Part shown: positions 57,185 to 64,000 of the stretch, in pieces
How positions within the stretch are numbered: position 1 is the stretch's first letter
Layout of the letters: every line of letters begins with the position of its first letter
Assembly (NCBI GenBank): GCA_965267575.1
Contig: OZ254086.1
Span: forward strand, 2,784,001 to 2,848,000
Direction: 5' to 3'
Source of the DNA: Calditrichales bacterium
GTDB taxonomy: Bacteria; Calditrichota; Calditrichia; Calditrichales; J004
Length of the DNA: 64,000 nucleotides
The notes under the pieces: model-generated
Seen by the model: the letters and a program-made list of their open reading frames with translations, nothing else
Told to the model about the DNA's origin: nothing
Databases searched by the model: none
Program-made: the position numbers and the translations under genes

Positions 57185-59358
57185 TGAAAACGATCAGCAT
57201 AAAAATATTATTATTTGCAGGATTGCTCGGCGGGCTGCAGGCGCAAAGCTACAACTGGCCCTGCCAGCCTTTTGAAGAACCGCACTGGATCAACGGCACG
57301 TTTTGTGAAAACCGTCCAAGCGGCTCCGTGCAGCGCCACCACTTTCACGATGGCGTGGATATTCACCTGCCCCAGGGCGATAACGTTTACTCCGTGATAA
57401 GCGGTTCGGTTACGAGCATAGGTACGGCGTCGCAGTATGGCATAAACGCCTTTGTGCGGGTCGGTCGATACGCCTATGTCCACGTGGATGCCCATCCCGG
57501 GCTAGAACCCGGCGAGAGTGTTACCAAACTGCAAACGGTCATCGGCGCCACAAACTCCTGGAATCACATACATTTTAAAGATGGCTACTCGGGCAGCGAG
57601 CGCAACGCTCTGCGCCAGGGAGGCGGACTTTCGCCTTTTGACGATCCTTACAATCCCACTGTTGAGTGGATACGTTTTTATGAAAATACGACCAAAACGC
57701 GCTTTACCGACAATAAAGTAACAGGACTTGTGGAGATTGTAGCCAAGGCTTCGGACAGAACCGATACCGGCCCCATTGGTGACAACAACGGTGTTCTGGC
57801 AATCAGCTTCCAGATATTTGACAGCACCGGGACTGTAGCTTTGACAAATAAAGTTGAACGCTTTCGTTTTGATTACATCCCGGCTTCCGATGCTTACATC
57901 ACCAATGTGTTTTTTGAAGGTTCTACTATCAGCGATTATTTATATACGGTAACAAACCGGATAAGCGGCGACGGTTACTGGGATACGCGTGACTACGAGC
58001 CGGGCACGTATGTGATTAAGGTGGAGACGGAAGACACCCACGGCAATACACATACACGTTCGTCTACCGTCAGGGTTGTGCCGCAAGACCGCTGGGCGCC
58101 CGAAACCCCGCAGCTTCTGGCGTTGGAAGGCGATAATCAAAAAAACTGGACACTAAACTGGTTTGCCAACGATTGCACCGATGTCGATCACTACAATCTC
58201 TATTTCACCTACTGGGGTGATAGCTGGAACGAAAACACCTCTATCTCCGAAAGCATCGCCGGGGAAGACACAACATTAACGTATTCGGGCTTTAGTAACG
58301 ATCTGTCTATTTACTTCAGGCTTGTTGCCGCCGATGATGCCGCTCCCAGCAATATGAGCGACTCTTCCGATGCCTACGGCGTGCGTCTTTCCGCGGAGGG
58401 TGCGGAAGCCCTTATTGTGGATGGGTTTGACCGCACGGACGGATACTGGCAAAAGCAGACGCATACATTTGCCATAGATTACGGCGTGGCGCTAACACGG
58501 GCCGGTGTTTCATTCAATACCATTTCCGATGATGCCTTGCGCATGGGGCAGGATGCGCTGACCAATTACCCGCTGGTTATCTGGTTTGTCGGGGATGATG
58601 AGGGTGAAGAAAAAAGTCTGAACGCGCAGGACCGTGCGGCGATCGAACAATACCTGGATAATGGCGGATGGCTGCTGCTGTGCGGTACAAATCTTGGCAG
58701 CGATCTGGCCCTTGGCAGTATGGAGGAATCGACCTGGTACGGCACTGTGCTCAATGCGGCCTTTACCGAAGACAGCGTGGTTGCCGATGACGTAAACGGT
58801 GTTGCCGGCACAATTCTGGAAGGCTTTAACGCGTCTTTAAAAGGCGGCATTCATTTTGAGGCGATTAGTTCTGTAAACGGTGAGACATTAATGACCTATA
58901 GCAACGGCCTGCCCGCGGCAACCTACTGCGGTCCTGAACATGGACGCAATGGCAGTTTTATATATCTCGGTTTTCCCCTGGAAGCCCTGCAAGAGCAGGA
59001 TGACCGTGACGCCCTGATGGCCGGTTTGCTGCAGTACGGGATAGCGAATAGTATCGCAGACAGCGAGCCCGTTACGGAACGCGGTTTCCGGCTGTTAAAT
59101 AATTACCCCAATCCCTTTAATCCTGTAACGCAGATTCCTTTCACGCTGGGCAAACAAAGCCGGGTAACCCTGCAAATTTTTGACATCCGTGGCAGCCTGA
59201 TCCGCACGCTGGTGGATGGCTCCCTGAGCGGCGGCTCACATTCCGTCACATGGGACGGGCGGGACAGCGCCGGCAGGAAGGTAGGCAGCGGCAGCTATAT
59301 CTATCGTCTGCAAAGCGGAGAATTCAGCCAGAGCCGTATGATGGTAATTTTGAAATAG
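57184..59358 (+). CDS. Secreted M23-like metallopeptidase with Ig/Fn3-like and C-terminal FlgD-Ig domains
   Basis: HFHDGVDI (HxxxD), Y.H and NHIHF (HxH); NNYPNPFNP and WDGRD..G. Confidence 0.8.
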   Translation: MKTISIKILLFAGLLGGLQAQSYNWPCQPFEEPHWINGTFCENRPSGSVQRHHFHDGVDIHLPQGDNVYSVISGSVTSIGTASQYGINAFVRVGRYAYVHVDAHPGLEPGESVTKLQTVIGATNSWNHIHFKDGYSGSERNALRQGGGLSPFDDPYNPTVEWIRFYENTTKTRFTDNKVTGLVEIVAKASDRTDTGPIGDNNGVLAISFQIFDSTGTVALTNKVERFRFDYIPASDAYITNVFFEGSTISDYLYTVTNRISGDGYWDTRDYEPGTYVIKVETEDTHGNTHTRSSTVRVVPQDRWAPETPQLLALEGDNQKNWTLNWFANDCTDVDHYNLYFTYWGDSWNENTSISESIAGEDTTLTYSGFSNDLSIYFRLVAADDAAPSNMSDSSDAYGVRLSAEGAEALIVDGFDRTDGYWQKQTHTFAIDYGVALTRAGVSFNTISDDALRMGQDALTNYPLVIWFVGDDEGEEKSLNAQDRAAIEQYLDNGGWLLLCGTNLGSDLALGSMEESTWYGTVLNAAFTEDSVVADDVNGVAGTILEGFNASLKGGIHFEAISSVNGETLMTYSNGLPAATYCGPEHGRNGSFIYLGFPLEALQEQDDRDALMAGLLQYGIANSIADSEPVTERGFRLLNNYPNPFNPVTQIPFTLGKQSRVTLQIFDIRGSLIRTLVDGSLSGGSHSVTWDGRDSAGRKVGSGSYIYRLQSGEFSQSRMMVILK

Positions 59359-59402
59359 GCGGCTTTACCTCATATTTTTGCTCTGTGTAAACGGGCGCTA
59401 CT

Positions 59403-59822
59403 ATGAGTTTTGTTTTTCATCAGAAACTAAATCTGATTTGCTGGTACCCGGCCGGTGACCTGGGGCGTGAAGAGATAATCGGTTATTACCAGCAACTGCG
59501 TGATTGTTCTTTTGGTGCTAAAGCCGACCGCTATTGTGATTTTTCCGCCGTCAGCGGCTTCCGCATTGATTACAATATTTTGTACTCCATCACGGATTAT
59601 CGCCGCCGGTTTCTGGCTGATCATACAGGCATGAAGCTGGTTATGAACAGCAACTCGCCCATCGGCTTTGGCATGAGCCGCATGTACCAAAGCCTGATGA
59701 GTAACTGGGATATCAAGGTTTTTGTTACCCAAAAGCCCGCTGAAGCCGCCAATCTTCTTAACGTCTCCGAATCCGTTCTCTTCCCCCCGGATACAACAGA
59801 ATCAGCAAATAAAAGTAAGTGA
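59403..59822 (+). CDS. STAS/SEC14-like small protein
   Basis: DFSAV and FGMSRMYQSLM, shared pattern with 34263..34655. Confidence 0.6.
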   Translation: MSFVFHQKLNLICWYPAGDLGREEIIGYYQQLRDCSFGAKADRYCDFSAVSGFRIDYNILYSITDYRRRFLADHTGMKLVMNSNSPIGFGMSRMYQSLMSNWDIKVFVTQKPAEAANLLNVSESVLFPPDTTESANKSK

Positions 59823-59896
59823 TTTTACTTTTTGATATAGCTTTCCATTTTGTAATTTATTCAACCTTATTACTCAGAAACACATATGGAGGTTAT

Positions 59897-61090
59897 ATGC
59901 GAACAATACTTACTGTTATGATTCTGGCATTGCTGTTTAGCCTGCCCGTATTTGGCGGCGATTTTGGCCTGAATGCCGAGGTGCGTCACCGTTATGAGCT
60001 GGACGCGAAAGACTTTAACAGCGATACCGGCTTTAACAATAATGGCTATCTGCGCAGCCGTCTGGGCGCGAGTTTTATGCCCACGGAAAATATTACTGCT
60101 TACCTGCAGATCCAGGACTGGCGTAAGCTGGGCAGCGAAACCAGCACTTTTGACAGTGACGCCGACAATCTGGATTTGCACCAGGGATTTTTGCAGGTGG
60201 AAAATTTTTATGATTTGCCGCTTGGCTTTAAGCTGGGCCGGATGGAGGCCAAATACAGCAATGAGCGTCTTATCGGTGCCGTGGGCTGGAGAAATGATGG
60301 ACGCGTTTTTGACGGGATTGAAGTGAGCTGGGACAACCCCTATAGTAATGTGCGCTTTTTCAATTATAAAGAAGTGGAGCAGATGCTGCCTTCCGATTTA
60401 GGTGATAAAAACGTGCTGGGTGCCTGGGTTACACCGGCCATCGCCGGACAAATCAGTCCTGAATTCAATATTATCTGGCAACGCGAACAGGGCAGCGGCA
60501 TGCTGAGCCGTCTCAATATCGGTACCAACCTTGGTTTTAATTTGGGCGGTATAAACGGTATGGCGGAAGTGAACTATCAGACCGGACAAATTGATGCTGA
60601 CCGTGATATTTCGGCTTATATGTTCGCGCTTAACGGTAGCTACAGCCTTGGTAAAACAGGTTGGGCGCCGGCCGTAAGCCTCGGCATTGACTATCTGAGC
60701 GGTGACAGCGACCCGGCGGATGATACGTTTGAAGTATTTGATACGATGTACGCCACCAACCATAAATACTACGGTATCTCTGACTTTTTTATTAATATAC
60801 CCGCGGATACCTATGGTGGCGGTTTGTCGGATATTCATGCAGGTTTGTCCTTCAATCCCTGCGAGCGGTCAGTGGCGTCTCTGCGTTTCCACAATTTTAC
60901 TGCCGTGGAAGAGCTGGGTGGCGAAACGGCTTTCGGCAATGAAATTGATTTGATTTTCAATACCAATTATAATGAGTATCTAAATTTTGAAGGTGGCTTT
61001 TCCTATTTTATGCCGGGAAAAATATTCGAAAATGTGCGTGGTGAGGATGCATCGATGTTTGGGTATATACAGACGCGTTTTAGCTTCTAG
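59897..61090 (+). CDS. Alginate export (AlgE-like) family outer-membrane protein
   Basis: R.RYE, RSRLG, QIQD.R, DLHQGF, GR.E..Y..ERLIG..GW, R.FDG, SGD and HKYYG..D. Confidence 0.85.
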   Translation: MRTILTVMILALLFSLPVFGGDFGLNAEVRHRYELDAKDFNSDTGFNNNGYLRSRLGASFMPTENITAYLQIQDWRKLGSETSTFDSDADNLDLHQGFLQVENFYDLPLGFKLGRMEAKYSNERLIGAVGWRNDGRVFDGIEVSWDNPYSNVRFFNYKEVEQMLPSDLGDKNVLGAWVTPAIAGQISPEFNIIWQREQGSGMLSRLNIGTNLGFNLGGINGMAEVNYQTGQIDADRDISAYMFALNGSYSLGKTGWAPAVSLGIDYLSGDSDPADDTFEVFDTMYATNHKYYGISDFFINIPADTYGGGLSDIHAGLSFNPCERSVASLRFHNFTAVEELGGETAFGNEIDLIFNTNYNEYLNFEGGFSYFMPGKIFENVRGEDASMFGYIQTRFSF

Positions 61091-61111
61091 AAATTTGCAT
61101 ACGTAAAACAC

Positions 61112-61139
61112 AAAAAAGGCGCCTAGAGGCGCCTTTTTT
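61112..61139. terminator. Bidirectional terminator
   Basis: AAAAAAGGCGCCT-AG-AGGCGCCTTTTTT. Confidence 0.85.
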
Positions 61140-61168
61140 ATTTTGAATGGTTTTTTCTGAACAGGTAT

Positions 61169-61948
61169 TTACGATGCCTTGTTCCGCAGCTTTTTCACCA
61201 GTGTATATAAAGCGTCGCGGCTTTCCTTGCTCCACCACTGTTTAAGAAAGGCGTCCGCAACGTCTTCCACATCCTGATCGATTTTACTAAGCAGACTGGC
61301 GCGAATGGCTCTTTTGGTTTGCCGGAAAACAGCTGGAATGATCTGCTGGTAGGCTTCCATTTTGGCGATGGCGCCGGCCATAAGCTGGTCGGCTGTGGCA
61401 ATTTCATCCACCAGGCCGATCTTTAATGCCTCAGCGGTGTCGAGCAATCGGCCTTCAAGAATATTGTGATAGGCCTCCCGCTCACCAATCCAGAAAGCAT
61501 AGCTGTGAAAAAACTCCGCCGGAACGGCGATGCCCAGCGGAGTTTCGTTCAGGCCGATGCGAAACGACCCTTCAGCCATGATGCGAAAATCGGCGGTATT
61601 GGCCAACACGCAGCCACCGGCCGGGGCATGCCCGCTTATAGCTGCAACCAATGGTTTCTCAAAAGCCAGCATTTTACGATGCAGCCGGATAAAGCCGCTC
61701 CAGAACGAACGGGACTGATCGCTGTCGTAATCATATACTTCCAGCACATCCACGCCGGCAGAGAAAAAGCCTTCCCCGCCGGTCAGGATCATGCCGTTGT
61801 TGGCTTCGTCGGCAGACAAATTGGCGAGTAAATCGCTCAATTCATCAACCACCTTTTTGTTGATCGGATTGGCCGTACCGCGCTCCAAACGTACAATAAC
61901 GTAGTTGTCCCGCGGTTCATTCTTAAGGTATGAATAGGAGGCCGGCAT
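61169..61948 (-). CDS. Enoyl-CoA hydratase/isomerase (delta-isomerase-like)
   Basis: FFSAGVD, KPLVAAISGHAPAGG, IGLNE and ALKIGLVD. Confidence 0.9.
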   Translation of the reverse strand: MPASYSYLKNEPRDNYVIVRLERGTANPINKKVVDELSDLLANLSADEANNGMILTGGEGFFSAGVDVLEVYDYDSDQSRSFWSGFIRLHRKMLAFEKPLVAAISGHAPAGGCVLANTADFRIMAEGSFRIGLNETPLGIAVPAEFFHSYAFWIGEREAYHNILEGRLLDTAEALKIGLVDEIATADQLMAGAIAKMEAYQQIIPAVFRQTKRAIRASLLSKIDQDVEDVADAFLKQWWSKESRDALYTLVKKLRNKAS

Positions 61949-61952
61949 TAGA

Positions 61953-62168
61953 TTAGCTGCCTTCGATGCGGAAGCCTATTTTCAGCGAAACCTGGTAGTG
62001 GCCCACTTTCCCGTCCACGATATATCCGCGGGTTTCAGTCACTTCAAACCACTCCATATTCTTAATTGATCTGGAGCTTTGGGCCAGCGCATTTTGGATG
62101 GCTTCCTCAATGCTGTTTTTGCTGGTCCCTACAATCTCCACCTTCTTATATGTGTGATGGTCTGACAT
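61953..62168 (-). CDS. Dodecin flavin-binding protein
   Basis: YKKVEIVGTS..SIEEAIQNA...WFEV.E.RG...YQV.LKIGF. Confidence 0.95.
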   Translation of the reverse strand: MSDHHTYKKVEIVGTSKNSIEEAIQNALAQSSRSIKNMEWFEVTETRGYIVDGKVGHYQVSLKIGFRIEGS

Positions 62169-62237
62169 TTTACCTCCCGTTTTTTGATGTGTTAAAAACA
62201 GTATAACACGATTGCCGCAAATCCAATGTTAAGCAGT

Positions 62238-62750
62238 TTACCAATGCCCGGTACCGGGTTCCCCTTTAACCGGCCCGACGATTTCTTTCGTTATCCAGCC
62301 ACCGTAAAAGCTGCCCGGTTGCGGCTGTACACGTTCACCGTCCACAAAGCAATCGAGCAGGGAAGGGTAAAATGAAAAATGATCTTTCAACTCCTCATAA
62401 GGCGTATTGGGCTTGGCGTAGCTCCAGCCGACCGAACCCATACCACGATTGTCCCTTAGCGCCCAATAGGATGCTTTGCCTTTCCATTCGCAGTAGGAGC
62501 TGCCCGGGACAGGTATTAACTGCTCCGTGCGCACATCTTCTTTTGGGATGTAAAAAGTAGGTGGGCTTGCCGTTTCCAGCATGCGCAGCGCCCGGCAGCT
62601 CGAAGCAATCCGCGTAGAATTAAAAAATACTTCCACAAGGCGATTGTCTTGTTCCAGGCGGGGCGGGCGCGGGTAATCCCACACCGATTCCTGTTCTTCA
62701 CCCGGCTCAACAGCAAAATCCGGCCTCTCGCGGCCACGATATTTCCACAT
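62238..62750 (-). CDS. DUF427 domain protein
   Basis: ESVWDYPRPP, LET..PP.FYIP, S.CEWKG.A.Y and FYGGWIT. Confidence 0.9.
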   Translation of the reverse strand: MWKYRGRERPDFAVEPGEEQESVWDYPRPPRLEQDNRLVEVFFNSTRIASSCRALRMLETASPPTFYIPKEDVRTEQLIPVPGSSYCEWKGKASYWALRDNRGMGSVGWSYAKPNTPYEELKDHFSFYPSLLDCFVDGERVQPQPGSFYGGWITKEIVGPVKGEPGTGHW

Positions 62751-62906
62751 AATGTTTCTCCATATTTTTAAGGCAGAAACGCCCGCTGTCCGCTTATGCT
62801 TCCCGGTTAACGAAAAAATAAATCGCTGTATTGAGCGGTATGTCGGGACGGCGTATCTTTAGCTCTGTTTCATGCGTTTTTAACGTTCACACAAAAGGAA
62901 TGCGCC

Positions 62907-64000
62907 ATGTTACGCGAACACCCCAAGGGACTTGCCACACTTTTCTTCACCGAAATCTGGGAACGTTTTTCTTACTATGGTATGCGCGCTCTGCTGGTAC
63001 TTTATATGACAAAAGAACTGCTTTTTGATGACGGCAAAGCATATGGGGTTTACGGCGCCTATACGGCCCTGGTGTACGCGGCGCCGGTGCTGGGCGGCTA
63101 TTTCGCCGATCGTGTGCTGGGTCAGCGTAAGGCGATTTTTATGGGTGCCTTTATCATGATGCTTGGACATTTTGCCATGGCTTTTGAAGCCTTTTTCTAC
63201 GGCGCTTTGGGTCTGCTGGTGGTAGGCAACGGTCTGTTTAAACCGAATATGGGACCTTTGCTGGGCAGCATGTACGGCAAGGGTGATCCGCGGCGCGACG
63301 GGGGGTTTACGATTTTTTACATGGCTGTGAATATCGGTGCTTTTGTGTCACCGCTGCTGTGCGGCTTTATTGGTGAAACCTACGGCTGGCATTATGGTTT
63401 TGGCCTGGCCGGTGTGGGCATGCTGATCGGTATGTTCACGTTTAACCGTGGGCAGCACATATTCGAGGAACGCGGTTTGCCGCCAAAGGAATCGCTGGAA
63501 AAAAAATATCTTGGTCTAAACAATATTCAGATGACCTGGATTGTTTCCCTGGCCTTGGTGCCACTCATCATGCTTCTGCTGACCATGAACCAGTTGATGA
63601 GTTACATCCTTGGAACTATGGGGTTTGTGGCTGTCTCTTACATCATAATCACTGCCGTACGCGCGGAAAAGGAAGAACGTGACCAACTGCTTGTGGCTTT
63701 GATCCTGACGGTGTATTCGGTGTTGTTCTGGTCCTTTTTCTTCCAGGGCGGCAGTTCGCTGGTGCTTTTTGCCGAACGCAGCGTCAACCGTGATATTTTC
63801 GGCTGGTTTACCGTCAATGCCTCTATGCTCGAAGCCGTGAATCCGACTTTTATTATATTACTCTCCGGGCCTTTTTCAGCGATGTGGATCAAGCTGTCCA
63901 AAATGGGCAAAGAGCCCAGCACGCCGGCAAAATTTACCTGGGGCACTCTTTTGCTGGGGGTGGGTTTTGGCATATTTGCCCTGGGACGTCATTTTGCCGT
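62907..64000 (+). CDS. POT/PTR family di/tripeptide MFS transporter, 3'-truncated by window edge
   Basis: Hand translation MLREHPKGLATLFFTEIWERFSYYGMR (ExxERFxYY); GNGLFKPN; FYMAVNIG. Confidence 0.93.
   Translation, partial: MLREHPKGLATLFFTEIWERFSYYGMRALLVLYMTKELLFDDGKAYGVYGAYTALVYAAPVLGGYFADRVLGQRKAIFMGAFIMMLGHFAMAFEAFFYGALGLLVVGNGLFKPNMGPLLGSMYGKGDPRRDGGFTIFYMAVNIGAFVSPLLCGFIGETYGWHYGFGLAGVGMLIGMFTFNRGQHIFEERGLPPKESLEKKYLGLNNIQMTWIVSLALVPLIMLLLTMNQLMSYILGTMGFVAVSYIIITAVRAEKEERDQLLVALILTVYSVLFWSFFFQGGSSLVLFAERSVNRDIFGWFTVNASMLEAVNPTFIILLSGPFSAMWIKLSKMGKEPSTPAKFTWGTLLLGVGFGIFALGRHFA

Noticed and set aside
61953..62168. Dodecin as a member of the light regulon
   Set aside because: It is 6 kb away and I see no CarH-like repeats upstream

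Overview
A 64 kb bacterial chromosomal window of moderate GC with about 66 protein-coding genes. I found no rRNA, tRNA, CRISPR array or prophage. Secreted proteins ending in NYPNPFNP/FlgD-Ig domains, DUF5686 and DUF1573 proteins, and an M56-TonB fusion suggest an FCB-group or Calditrichota-like organism (inference only). Recognisable modules are nhaA, a pfkB-sucrose-phosphate synthase-sucrose synthase cluster, an ECF sigma/anti-sigma/Spy-like operon, an ACE-like M2 peptidase, an NHEJ locus (ligD-ku-TPR), three PIN-type toxin-antitoxin pairs, blaI with M56-TonB, and tauE with an MBL-rhodanese gene. The strongest candidates for novelty are: (1) a tightly coupled four-gene operon of cupredoxin-like Cu protein, HAMP adenylate cyclase, outer-membrane barrel and Tat-exported ferritin-like lipoprotein; (2) a CarH/LitR B12 photoreceptor divergent from a SigR-like ECF sigma with no adjacent anti-sigma, next to cryptochrome DASH and an ORF-track-missed DUF2256 gene; (3) a lone Y1 TnpA surrounded by three composite four-hairpin inverted-repeat modules with unique spacers. 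Smaller signals are two paralogous stand-alone degenerate HATPase-like proteins and recurrent 7/8-mer degenerate tandem repeats in intergenic DNA. All family calls come from motif recognition by eye, not database searches.
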